Source: Octopus sinensis (taxonomy: Eukaryota). Taken from it: a DNA stretch of 64,000 nt. Below the pieces are notes generated by a model. The model saw nothing but the letters and a program-made list of their open reading frames with translations, had not been told where the DNA came from and made no database searches. Both the position numbers and the translations under genes were made by a program. The stretch covers positions 7,874,001 through 7,938,000 of the forward strand of contig NC_043007.1 in assembly GCF_006345805.1 (NCBI RefSeq), written 5' to 3'. Shown here piece after piece: positions 13,267 through 26,331 of the stretch; positions within the stretch are counted from its first letter, which is position 1; each line of letters starts with the position of its first letter.

Positions 13267-13318
13267 TCTGAGTTTCGGATGCCGAGGTGGAAATCCACGC
13301 CACCATCTCTTCAGTTAT
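13260..13318 (-). ncRNA. Type I hammerhead ribozyme motif
   Basis: Minus: ataa CTGAAGA gatg...catcc GAAA ctcagag TT ttat. Confidence 0.6.
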
Positions 13319-13449
13319 TCGGCCATTGGAAAACGCACAAGTTTTTTTATCTCATTATACCTTTTACTTTTACTTCATTTATATTTTTATACATATATTT
13401 CTTATATATGAAAAAAAAGGTCATTTTCATAGCGTTTTTCCGATGGCCG

Positions 13450-13510
13450 GATAACTGAAGAGATGGTGGTATGGAATTCGACCTCGGCATCCGAAACTCA
13501 GAGTTTTATC
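13450..13510 (+). ncRNA. Type I hammerhead ribozyme motif
   Basis: gataa CTGAAGA gatg...catcc GAAA ctcagag TT ttatc (stem I gataa/ttatc; GUU triplet). Confidence 0.65.
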
Positions 13511-13611
13511 TTGGCCACCGAATAATTGTCACATATTACATTTACAGATAAATTCCTCTATTTACATAATATTGAGGTCTCTTTCTTTCTTTTGTTATTT
13601 TACCGTTTTTA

Positions 13612-13651
<40 letters not shown>

Positions 13652-14299
13652 TAGAGGTTAAAATAGCCTCATTAAGGGATAGTAATATCTAATGAATTAC
13701 CGGTTCATTGCTTAGTATTTTTTGTGAATTATGTGTGTGTGTATTTATGCATAAGAATTTGTTTCTGCGCTTTCAACATTTGCTTATACGGTTAGTAAAG
13801 CACTTTAATGAATGTTTACTCTTTCTGGCTTCATGGCGAATAAAATTATTATTATTATTATTATTATTATTATTGATGTTGTTGTTGTTGTTGCTCTCGC
13901 TGCTGCTGCTGCTGTTGTTGTTAATTTCATACTCTTCCAGTTAAGGGCAGGTTCTGTTCTTTTGCTTGCCATCGTATTCCATGGTAAAACACTTCAATTA
14001 TTCGTGGTGTCTAAGGCTTCATCTATATTTTCGTTCCGAATCGCCATCATCCTCTTCGGCATCATCATCATCATCGCCGCTACTCGCAACGTCATTATCG
14101 TCACCATCAGCATCGTCGGCGTCATCATCATCCCCATCGTTATTATTATTACTACTACCAATAAAATCATTATCATTATCATCATGACAATACTAACCAT
14201 CATCATCATCATCACCATCACCATTATCATCATCCGCATTAGTACAAAAAGTAGAAACACGCGAGTAAAGAAAGAAAGAGAAGAGAAGAGAAGAGAAGA

Positions 14300-14352
<53 letters not shown>

Positions 14353-14747
14353 AAAAGAAGAAAGGGAATGTTGACTACAAAGGAAAGAGAAGACAAAGCA
14401 AAACAAATCATTAAAAAAGAAAAGCAGTGAAAGCGAGGAATGTGTTTGGTTTGAAAGAATTGGGTAGAAACGCTGCATAATTAATGAGGAAGTTCCCTTT
14501 CAGCCAATCAGAAACGAACTTTCTCAAAAGGATCGTATTTCTTCTTCCAATAACAATCATATTTATTTGTTTTGCACGGCAAGAAAGACTTGTTTTAATG
14601 ACACTTGAAGTTGTGTCAGGGTTTTGTCCGTGTGTGTGTGTGTGTGTGTGTGTGAGTGAGAGAGAGATTTCCTGTTGCTAGCGAATCTTTTATGCGTTTC
14701 TATGGTCTCTGTCGCTCAAGATTGACCATGAATAAGGAAGATGATGG

Positions 14748-14795
<48 letters not shown>

Positions 14796-15109
14796 CGAGG
14801 ACGACGACGTGAACAAACAATTGTTGCCGTATACCATCACTACCATTTCCTTTTTGAAATTCCGGATTTTACCCAACGTTCAGAATCGGCGACGCAAAAC
14901 GATTTCTTGGCAAAAGATTTATAATGAGAAACAGGAAGACTGAAGGGATTTTGTTCTCTTCTGAAAAAATCTGTTTTTCTTTGTTTTTCTTTGTTTTTCT
15001 TTTTTGGCTGGTTTCTTTTCTCATTGGCGACATCAATGGTGGAAAAGAAGTGAATTTACGTTAATTAACGACGAAAACGAAATGCAATACATCGGGAAAC
15101 CGATATTTT

Positions 15110-15460
15110 GCTTCACTGGAATCTCTATATCATGCTCACCAGAACCGCTACATCTTGCTCACCAGAACAGCCACATCTTACTCACCGGAACCGCTACATC
15201 TTGCTCACCAGAACCGCTACATCTTGCTCACCAGAACCGCCACATCTTGCTCACCGGAACCGCTACATCTTGCTCACCAGAACCGCTACATCTTGCTCAC
15301 CAGAACCGCCACATCTTACTCACCGGAACCGCTACATCTTGCTCACCGGAACAGCTACATCTTTCTCACCGGAACCGCAACATCTTGCTCACCGGAACCG
15401 CTACATCTTGTACACCGGAACTTTTACGTTTCACACCGGAACGCAAATCTTCTTACCCAC
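15110..15460. repeat. 23-bp minisatellite (ctcacc[a/g]gaaccgctacatcttg), about 14 copies with a degenerating right flank
   Basis: Direct sequence periodicity. Confidence 0.95.
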
Positions 15461-16762
15461 TACGAATTCCACGTGTGGCTCTCCGTAACTTCCGCATCTA
15501 GGAAACCCTACATCTTCCTCCTCGAAACTTCCACGTCCTTCATACCAGAAACCGTATATCTTAATCTCCAGAAACTTCTCTACCTTCTCACCGGAGACTC
15601 CATCTCTTACTTAGCAGCAACCCCACCCGACTCGACCATCGCAAACTCCCCTTCTCCCTACACTTTGACTATTTCTTGGCATCTCTTCTGGATAAGACAT
15701 AAGTTCAGTATTTGATTTTGTAATGGAAGAAATAAACCGATCACATAAATCCAAATATGTTCTTTTATTCTTTAGTTATTTCATTCATTGAACTGTGGCC
15801 ATACTGGGGCACCTCTTAATAGAGTATTTTCTATTACACCAATCCGAGTACTTAATTCATTGACTGATCCTTATTTTATCAACTCTGGAAGAGGGTTTTA
15901 GGTCTGCCACGACTTTACAGAATCATCTTGCCGGTGCTTGTCCCCGTTATTGTGGTGTATAAGCAGCCAACAGTACAATGCCTCTCTTGAATGAAACTCA
16001 GAGAGGTAACACTAATCCAGTGGACTCGAATAATATGAGTAACTTAAGAACACAACACACTGCCCAGTCTAGTATTCGAAACCACGACCTTATGGTAGTG
16101 AGTTCAATACCATTAACCACTAAGGCAGACATCTTCATAAGGTGGACTTTAGTTGCAGTGGCATTTTATCCAAAGAGAGGTCTAAAATGCCAAATCGGCC
16201 TAGAAGGAATTTGATTTCAGAACTAAAGAGTCGAAATTCTTTATAGTAACCCACTTAACACGATGATGTGGTTTCTACCTTTTCTGCTACTCAACCCTCA
16301 GGCAAAACACTTATTCTTTATTCACAGTGAGTGACCAAATCGCTAACTACATCCTACAACTAAATCCTTTTTCTATTATTTTTGTTATATTTTTCCGCTT
16401 TACTAATATCCGTATTTTTCGTTTTTGCTTTCGAAACAGAACAGAATAAATTTCATTTTTCTTATTAATTCAACAAATGAATAACAAAATAGTTTAAGTT
16501 AATTCAAAGATTTAAATATATTTTTATTCTCTTTTATTACCAATTCTTTGTTATTGATTTTTATGGCCAATGATTTTTTTTTTTTTTGTATTTCATTTAG
16601 TTTTTGTATTAATTTTTCAATTAAAAACCTGCATTTTGTATTGGCCAATAATGTCACTAATTAAGCAAGAAATTCTACAGACTAGTAATTAATATCATTC
16701 CTAACTAATATTTGGGTATTATTAAATTTACAATATCTAATTATTGTTATTGCTGTTATCGT

Positions 16763-17135
16763 GAAGGCGCAATGGCACAGTGGTTAGGGAAGCGGATTCA
16801 CGGTCGTAGGATCGCGGTTTCGATTCCCAGCCCAGGCGTTGTGAGTGTTTATCGATCATGAACACCTAAAGCTCTACGAGGTTCCGGCAAGGTGTGGTGG
16901 CGAACCATGCTGTACTCTTGCATCACAACTTTCTCACACTCTTTTTCTGTTGTACCCGTGTTTTTGTTCTACCTGTATTTCAAGGGGCTACCTTTGTCAC
17001 ACGCTGAGTTACGCTGAATCCCCCCGAGAATTACGTTAAGGGTACACGTGTTTGTGAAGTGCTCAGCCACTTGCACGTTAATTTCACGAGCAGGCTGTTC
17101 CGTTGATTGGATCAACTGGAACCGATGGAGTGCCG
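16763..17135 (+). mobile_element. SINE with family C tRNA head and an alternative body/tail
   Basis: Head aggcgcaatggcacagtggttagg...ggtttcgattcccag shared with 46653; diverges after actttctcacactc. Confidence 0.75.
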
Positions 17136-17164
17136 TGGTATATTGTTGCCATCGTTACTATTAT

Positions 17165-17580
17165 GGCGGTGAGCAACAGAATCGTTAACACGTGGGGTAA
17201 ATTCCTGAGCAGCATTTCTTTCGACTTTACGTTCTGAGTTCAAATGTTGCAGTGGTCGACTTTGCCTTTCGTCCTTTCACAATCGATAAAAGGGTGGATG
17301 TAATCGACCTACCTCTCCCCTGAAAATTGCTGGCCTTGAGCCTAAATCAGGAAGAATTATTATCAACATACATTATATTTCAGAATCGTTAGCACGCCGG
17401 GCGAAATGTATAGCGGCATTTCGTCTGTCTTTACATTCTGAGTTCAAATTCCGCCAAGGTCGACTTTGACTTTCATCTTTTTGGGGTCGATAAATTAAGT
17501 ACCAGTTGCGTACTGGGGTTGATCTAATCGACTGGTCCCCTCCACAAAATTTCGGGCCTTGTGCCTAGAATAGAAAAGAT
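17165..17580 (+). mobile_element. Two tandem SINE family A copies
   Basis: Two blocks of ttctgagttcaaat...gtcgactttg..tttc.tc.ttt...gataaa. Confidence 0.8.
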
Positions 17581-18319
17581 TATATTTCATGTAAATAACG
17601 TGGTGGGGTGGGTTTGCGATCATTAAGTTTCCATTTATTTAATATTTATTATCCATGGAGGAAATCCAAAACTGTTCCCCGTGAAAATATTTTAATGGGA
17701 ATTATTTCTTCAACATTTTCTAGACGTTTCTTTGAATATTCAACCAACAAAGGGCGACAGATTCTAAAGGTTCGCTTAAATTGTTATAAATAGCAACCAA
17801 ATCTGCATCTATTTTAACGTTATCTTTCTAAAAATGAAGGTCTAACGGTATATATGTGGATGCGTGTGGCCACGTGGTTCGTGTGTTGGACGTATGATCG
17901 GGTGACGCGTTTTGTTTCGGAGCAAAATGCTTCGCTTCATGTTCCATTCACTCAACAAGTGAAAGCGAATAATCTTGCGACGGGCCTGCGTCCTGTCCAG
18001 ATGGGAAAGACATATAAGTCACGGAAACTGGGGAAGCCAACCCTTATGAATCCATAGGGCTCGAAAAGGATTCTTTATTCTTATGTTTTAATGGTTTATG
18101 TAATCTCAATTTTTCTTTTTGTGTGTTTTATCGTTTGTCAAGGGAAAAGACAGGGGCCACGACCGTTATAGGTCCTCCGTGACCCTATGAGAACATGTGT
18201 ACAAAGTAAGAACCGGATCCAAATGTTGCATTAGAGTGAACTCCGATTAAAGTACTCAAGCTGCCAGATGGCGATGTTAAATCGGGTGATGGTATAAGTC
18301 TATCACTTAAGTAAGACAT

Positions 18320-18775
18320 GGCGGGATTTGAACTCTGAACGCAAAAAGCCGGAACAAATACCGCAAGGAATCCGGTTCAACGTCGTTGACGGTTTCGCCA
18401 ATCCACTGCTTTGGATTGGAACTTTTCATTCTGAAAAGATGGAACGTAAAGTTGACCTCGGCACGATTTCAACTCTGAACGCTGAGACTCGGAGCAAATA
18501 CCGCAAAGCACTCGGTCGGACGCTCTAACAAATCTACTAATTTACCTATTTCTTCACTACCCACAAGGGGCTAAATGCAGAGAGGACAAACAAGGATAGA
18601 CAAACGGATTAAGTCGATTATATCGGCCCCAGTGCATAACTGGTACTTATTTAATCGACCCCGAAAAGATGAAAGGCAAAGTCGACCTCGGCGCAATTTG
18701 AACTCAGAACGTAACGGCAGATACCGCAAAGCATTTCGCCCGGCGTGCTAAAGTTTTTGCCAGCTCGACGCCTTA
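18320..18775 (-). mobile_element. SINE family A cluster (degenerate pieces plus a well-preserved copy at 18550-18775)
   Basis: Reverse complement of 20481-20710. Confidence 0.8.
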
Positions 18776-20480
18776 ATCTACTAATTTACCGTAGAATTCA
18801 ATGTCTGAGTACAGAAAACTAATAAATTAGTTAATTAGTTAGTGAAGAAATTATTTGGTTAATTAAGAGAGCTCCAAATTGGGTTCCTTAATTAGTAGAA
18901 CATTATTACATTGAAGATTCCGTCTTCGATCAGAACGACTTGATTGGAGTATGTCCATCTCCCGGGTGATGTCCATGTTAGCAGCAGAATGACCGTCCAT
19001 TTTAAAATGGCTCTCGTGATTACAAATATAATATATGGTTATCCGTCTACTTCGACGATGAATGTTCACATGCTCGATCTACTAAACTATCTGAAATTAG
19101 TATATTCATGGCTTGTACATCCCACAAGCCCGTGGATGGACCCCTCAGGCAGAAGCAGCGTGACACAGGATGTGATAAAGCTGGACCTTTTTTTATCACA
19201 GAATCACGAGGTTCGGAGTTCCCTGTGAATTAAAAACAGACTGGGTGGTCACGGCTGGTTTACCATTTATCATAGGTTCACTCGATCAGAACTGACCTAT
19301 GTTTAAATCACATCAGCATCATCAGCATTTATCGGATTCAAAATAAAATTACTCGCTTTTCAACTGAGCAAACGAACTGGTTTGAATTCTTTTTTTTTCG
19401 TTTTTATATTTCATTTAATTATTTATTAATGGACGTCAGTCAAACTTGAAAAGGAAATAAGAATTTTGTGAAAAAAAATATTATTGACATTCATTTTCGG
19501 AATTACCTCAGGGAAGTCGTCAAGCTGAATATTTCGTGTAATATTTAAAGATTATATCTGATCTTATAAATTGTTATTACATCAGATATTCTACTTTATT
19601 TTCACGCACACACATGAACACACACGCACACACACACACATGCACACACACACACACATATATATAAATAAATATATATATATTTATATATATAAAGCAA
19701 ATAAGTAACAAGTACTTCTTCGAGGTATCAGTGGTTTACGGCCGTTTCAAGTGGCTCCATTAAATCGATCAATGAAAACATTACATCAAAATGAAACCAA
19801 CCGCTCTCCTCCGACGCAGCCAACCATGTAGATTTCCAACATAAAGAATGAACTATTTTTTTAGTGCAACTTATATCAATACCAGCAATCAAAATAATTA
19901 GATTGTTACTCTTTGGTATTTCCGTGGCAGAATGGAATTTAGTAAATAATGCATTCCTATGGCATAGTAGCAGAGGGGGATAGTGTGAGTTAAGAATGAG
20001 GAAAAGAGAGAAAGTTCATCGTTATTAGATTTCTAAGATTATTTGCAGCATATTGTCTCCGACTCTTGAGAATTAAACCCACTGAGAGTTGACAATTAAG
20101 TTCCTGCTGGTGGTGATGAAATAATTAAATGTCAGATACCCTACCGACCCCTAATTTTACTGAGGGCAAAAGTCTAACCTAATCCACATAAACGGCAGGT
20201 CAGGGACCTGCTAATAAGAGGATGACAGAAAGAGAGGGAAGTGATAGCTCGAGTGAGAAAGGAAGGGGTGGTCAGATATACTTAGATTATCAAATAAAAG
20301 GGCCAAGAAGAGGTCACAAGCCTTACGGGTAGGAGTGAAAACTGAGGGGAGCGATGCGTATCTCAACGACGAAATTTAGTTGAAATTTAGAAAGGGATTT
20401 TAGGACTATGTAAAAGAAAAAAGAAAATAAATAAACTTAAGCCTTAAAACTGGGATACTTTAATATATAAGGGAAAGGGG

Positions 20481-20750
20481 GCGGCGAGCTGGCAGAAACG
20501 TTAGCACGCCAGGCGAAATGTTTAGTGGTATTTTGTCTGCCGTTACGTTCTGAGTTCAAATTCCGCCGAGGTCGACTTTGCCTTTCATCCTTTCGGGATC
20601 GATAAATTAAGTACCAGTTACGTACTGGGGTCGATATAATCGACTTAATCCGTTTGTCTCTCCTTGTTTGTCCTCTCTGTGTGTAGCCCCTTGGAGTTAG
20701 TAAAGAAATAGGTATTTCATCCTTTCGGGGTCGATTAAATAAGTACCAAA
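20481..20750 (+). mobile_element. SINE family A full-length copy plus short duplicated internal piece
   Basis: gcggcgagctggcagaaacgttagcacgcc...gagttcaaattccgccgaggtcgactttgcctttcatcctttcggg.tcgataaattaagtaccagt. Confidence 0.9.
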
Positions 20751-21863
20751 TTCAATATGTGATACTCTAATTGTATACATAAGACAACACAATATAGTCA
20801 CATGCAATACATATCGCCCACAGGATGCTCCAAACCACAGAGGCAAGTTTGTAGATCGCCTCACAAGAATAACAGAAATCCTCATGAAACTGGAGCGTGT
20901 TTCTTATGGGTGATTTCAACTTCTCCAACATCAAATGGCCCGACGGTTCATACTCACAGGAATGACTCATTGCAAACAAGCACAGGTGGAGTCCCTGCTC
21001 AACCTCACCAATGCCCTATTCATGGAGCAAGTTGTGCTCAGACCAACTAGGGCGAATTAAATTTTGGATCTCTACTTCACAAACAATATGGACATCACTC
21101 ATGATGTGAAAGTGACGCCGACATTAGTTTCGGATCGTAACGTAATAGAGCTGTTTGTGTATGAACCGAAAGTAACCAGAGACATGTAGCCTAAAGGAAG
21201 CACTCAAAATCTCTCCAATCTGAACTTCCACAAAGCAGACTGGAAATCGATCCAAAAAGTGATCCTCAGACATGACTGGCCGAAATGGATAAACTAGAAT
21301 ATTTCATGTCTATTATGCAAGCGATATGCCAAGAATATGTCCCAGAGGCTAACTCAAAATGGAACAAGATTCCAAGGTAGAGGAAGATCCTCATGAGATA
21401 ACGGACAAAGGTTGCAAATCGCTTCAACCAACATTCTAAAAGTAGTGAAAGACCCGCCTAAAAACAACACTGATGAAGATTGAAAAAAAGCCTGCAACAA
21501 GCCTGGGTTATAAAAAACATTAAGTAAACCCAAAGGCCTTCTTTCATTACGCGAAAGAAACAGCCTCACTGTGCTGCAAAATAGGACCCCTCTTCCAAAT
21601 GATGGCTCCCTCACAGATAGCCCAATCAGGACCAGTTCAAAAGTGTTTCTACCACCCCGCAGAAAAGTGAACGAACCGGTGGATTTTTTTTTTTTTTGCT
21701 GCCTCTCTTATAACCAGCGAAGCAGTTACGATGGATTACATCGATATTAGTGAAGGCGATATACTACTGGCCATAAATGAGGTGTGCTGCAAGTCAACTG
21801 CTGGTCCTGATGGTTTCCCAGCAATCCTCAGCTTTCTTGCAAATGGCAGGCTGCCAAACAAAC
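20750..21863 (+). mobile_element. CR1-clade LINE fragment: APE endonuclease to start of RT, degenerate
   Basis: TYRPQDA; FLMGDFNFSNIKWP; MEQVVLRPTRAN*ILDLYFTN; LVSDRNVI; NFHKADWKSI; STAGPDGFPAIL. Confidence 0.85.
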
Positions 21864-21992
21864 AGGAATCTTGGGGTTAGTAGCCCGCGTTCTTAACCAT
21901 TATGCCATAAGCATATTCATAATTATTGTGAACATCACATCCGTGCTGTTTATTTCTCTATTTCTTTGTCACTCACCCCCACTCTTTCTCCT

Positions 21993-22024
<32 letters not shown>

Positions 22025-22400
22025 CTCACACATATCCCCCACACAAGCTAGCGCATGCGCGTGCTTTTCCTGTTATTCTGCAGCGTTTAAAGAAACTTGA
22101 AGATACAATTCAATAGCAAAATAGAATTAACTGGTTATGCATCGGTAATTCAACCACCCCAGGGTGTTATGAGGCAAACGTTTCTCTATGTATCTGTCAT
22201 GTGTTGCCTTCATCTTAACCCATGGAAAAATACAAAATATAAAGCGAAAAACACGCGTACACACAGACACACATATACGCATACACATTCATACATACAC
22301 ACATACATACATAGAAACCGGCTCTTTTTTGGTAAGAAATACTGAAATAAAACTGAATAATGCCGTACATATATATATATAATATATATATATATATATC

Positions 22401-22436
<36 letters not shown>

Positions 22437-22459
22437 ATATATATAATATATATATATAT

Positions 22460-22856
22460 AAACAAGTACATATGCACAAATATATATACAGAAGGGATAT
22501 TCATATTCATATATATACACACATATATAAATCTATGTACATATGTGTATGTATGTATTTTGACTATTTATTAAATTTATGTATTGATTAAGTCTTTCCT
22601 TGTTTGTTTTGCAAAATAGTGGTTTTGTCTCGAATAATATTTATAATATTTTACTATAAAATCGATTTAATCCTAAATCTGATTTTTTCCCTGTAAATTT
22701 GGATTTATTCCCTAATATTTATTATTATATATATATATATTATATATATATATATAAACAAGTACATATGCACAAATATATATACAGAAGGGAATATTCA
22801 TATTCATATATATACACACATATATAAATCTATGTACATATGTGTATGTATGTATT
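22460..22856. repeat. ~100-bp direct repeats (22460-22559, 22756-22856) flanking a ~165-bp AT-rich insert
   Basis: aaacaagtacatatgcacaaat...atctatgtacatatgtgtatgtatgtatt occurs twice, nearly identical. Confidence 0.85.
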
Positions 22857-23584
22857 GATATATATACATATCGACATTCAAACGTGATGTGTGTGTGTGG
22901 ATCGACATTTGAATCATAGCGACATTTCAATGCGCACCAAAGAGAGCAAATCAAATTGATAATCTGCAATGATGGACACGAGCAAAAAACATTTAATTAC
23001 GTTAAAGAAATGTTTTCACATTGAGAAACCTTCATTCATTCCAGCAGCGGCATTAAAGATTAATTCAGTCAATTAAAGCAAGTCACATAGCGTCTTGCTG
23101 CTGTCTTTCTCTTTATAGCATTGTCTGTGGCATTCTTTAAACGGTTGCTAAATAACTGAACATTCAATTCAAATTGTCAGTGCTTATTTTCCAATTTCTG
23201 CTTCTATAAGCTTTTCTGTAAAGGTTTATTTTCATTGATTTCAAGACCGTAGAAGCAGCCACGGATGGAAGTTCGTATACTGTCGTTACTCTCATTGCAT
23301 CGTTTCTGTGCACATACACGATTCGTTATTTTTCACCCGAGGTTGGCCAGGGTGGCACCAAGACTTAAGATTAAAAGACTTCATGTGATAAGCACCAGGT
23401 TTTCCCATTTAATTTTTCTGTTTTTCTCAGGCATCCTATATCTGATCCTAACTCATGTGATGCAGCCATAATATAATCCTGCGCTGAGACCGTTCTTGAC
23501 TCTATGACAGAGATTGTTTCATTCAAATTTAAGTAAATTAAAATCTTCCTTCATTGTTAATTCGTTCGAAACATCAGCTTAATA

Positions 23585-24187
23585 ATGGTTTCAAACATTG
23601 ACACAAGGCCAGTAATGTTAAAGGAGATGTTAAGTCGATTCCATCAACCCCAGCGCTCAACTGACTCTTACTTATCGACCCCGAAAGAATAAAAGTCAGA
23701 GGTGACCGCAACGGAATTTGAAATCGCGGTCCAAAACGACCAGGTGTAATATGATGGAGCTGTGGCTGCTGTTTCTAGCAGGCGAAGCGAACGTTTAAAA
23801 CCTGACTTCACTTGTTGATTTGTATTTCGAAGAAGTATGGATTAAGAGATAATTCCTATAATTAAGAGATAATTCCTATAATAATCTACGTTTTCCATGG
23901 CGAAAACTTTTGAAAGTTTCCAGATACAAATAAACGAAAAGCTTATGATCGAAAAGAAGCCGTTATTTACATGAAATGAAATATGATGATAATAATGGTT
24001 TCAGATTTTGGCACAAGGCCAGCAATTTCGGGGCAGTGGGTACTTAACTGGTACTTATTTTATCGACTCCGAAAATATGAAAGGCAAAGTCGACTTCAGC
24101 GGAATTTGAACACAGAACATAAAGACGGGCGAATATCGCTAAGCATTTTGCCTGGCGTGCTAAACATTCTGCCAGCTCGCCGTCTTA

Positions 24188-24225
<38 letters not shown>

Positions 24226-24234
24226 GAATAAGAA

Positions 24235-24265
<31 letters not shown>

Positions 24266-24426
24266 AAGAAGAAGAAGAAGAAGAAGAAGAAGAATCCTTT
24301 CCACTATAGATACAAGACCTGAATTGTGAGGGGAGGTGGTTGGTCGATTACATCGACTCCAGTGTTCAACTCTTACTCATTTTATCGACCCCAAAAGGAT
24401 GAAAGGCAAAGTCGACAATAATAATG

Positions 24427-24461
<35 letters not shown>

Positions 24462-24670
24462 CATAATAATTCTGTAATTTTGCCACGATTCCAGTAATTT
24501 TAAGAAGAGCAAGTTGACTGCATGGAGCCCAATATCTTATTGGTACTTTATTCTATCGCCCCCGAAATGATGAAATTCAAAGCTAACCCCAGTGGAATTG
24601 GAACTCAGAAAGTAATGATTAAGAAAATTTATATTTTGTCTCACGTCCCAACATTTCTGCCTGCTCTCTG
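23585..24670 (-). mobile_element. Cluster of four degenerate SINE family A copies interspersed with (TAA)n/(GAA)n
   Basis: Repeated tatcgacccc..aa.gatgaaaggcaaagtcgac motif at about 23675, 24060, 24385 and 24555. Confidence 0.75.
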
Positions 24671-26288
24671 CTTTGCATAAAAGTAATTTTACAAAATTCT
24701 CTATTTTTTTCCCCAAAATTATGATACGAAAGGACTGTATTTCAACCGAAATATAGTAACGAAAGGGTTAAAACGGTCGAAGATGATTTAGGGAGACTTG
24801 CATATTAGTCCTAGTCGATAGGACAATGACACTGAAACCCCCTTCAACAAGATTTCAATCTCACTTAAGTCGAAGAAGATATTCATCATTATGTCTGTTT
24901 CTGAAATCTATAAAATGGTTTCCTAGCACTAAATAAGCATCGAGGTCATATAAATACGTAGTGCAAGTAATTATCTTTAATTAGATATCTTGGAAACATT
25001 CCCTTATTAAGCTTCACAGTTTAATTCCATATCTTTAATTAGGCATTTAGGCCTAGATAATTGCCTAGTTATAAGTATTTTACCGGTCTTTAATTTTATG
25101 TATCTACGCCTTCGTCGATATTTAGTTCTATGTAGTTACCAAACATTAAGTGTCGGACTTTCGATAGGTGCCTAATTTTAAGTAGGGTACTTAATTCTAA
25201 GAAAATATTGTCTTTAAGTAGGTACATTGCTCTCTCGGTAAGAATGTTACTTTCGATAGCTAAGTAGGCACCTAACTCTGATTTCAAACCTAGTTCAAAG
25301 TAAATCTCTTATGTAGATTACCCACTTAATTAACTAAAAAGAATTACTTGCAACAATGCTACAAACTTATTTAATCCTTATATAGATCTTATAAATATAT
25401 TTAATCCTTATATAATTATTTAAAATTATATATATGCTACAAACTTATTTAATCCTTGACAGCCATTTTATACCTTTTAGTTCTATGAAGGAACCGATCT
25501 GCCAATAAAGCCCAACTTTCAGCCAATTACCAAAATCTGCGTAGATATTTCAATGCCACCAAATTCCAAGATGAAAAGAGTTACCGAATTATATTATGTA
25601 CAAAAAAGCACCATAGTTTGTTACAGTTAACGTGAGAAATATGACTTGTATTCGCAATTTCGGAGTTCCATTGTTCTTTGTGGGAAATATTTCTGTGCAA
25701 AAATGCTATTCTATTTCATTTGCATAGCAGCTGAGAATCCAAACCACATACTGTTCTATAGAAACGGAAGGGAAAATATTACACCCACACACAGATATAT
25801 ATACACTCACACACACACATACATATGCACATACATACATACATATATATATATATATACATACATACATACACATACTTTCATACATACATACATACAT
25901 ACGTACACACACAAATATTTTTATATATTTTCCTTTTTTTGTGTATGTTTTTTTATGGTTTAAGGAAACATTTCTTTCTATTTAACCAAACAGTAAAACA
26001 CATTTTCAGTTTGAAAATGGCTTCAGTTTGAAGCTCGAAATTCGTACCAGTGTCCCTTTTTGTAAACATCATTATTATTATTAAAATAAAAATTATCCAA
26101 AAAAAGTCATCTCTACTCATTTTTTCAAAAATATGTACATGTACGTAAATAAATAAATAGGTAGATACATACATACATACATACATACATACATACATAC
26201 ATACATACATACATACATACATACATACGTACATACATACGTACATATGTGTTTTTGTGTGTATTTGTGTGTGTGTAGAAATTGTTAT

Positions 26289-26331
<43 letters not shown>

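Larger units (their letters stand above)
13260..13615. mobile_element. Palindromic PLE-like mini-element with two outward-facing hammerhead motifs
   Basis: 13260-13336 is inverted relative to 13432-13510; both arms carry CTGAAGA...GAAA ctcagag TT; flanked by (TA)n; same family as 53234-53491. Confidence 0.75.

Noticed and set aside
14490-14943. CCAAT box (agccaatcag) and downstream poly-Asp ORF as a promoter and first exon
   Set aside because: Single motif; the poly-D is a (GAT)n microsatellite; no supporting gene structure
19730-19830. Hammerhead-like GAAAcggccgTA on the minus strand
   Set aside because: Core is cggagga and no convincing stem I is found
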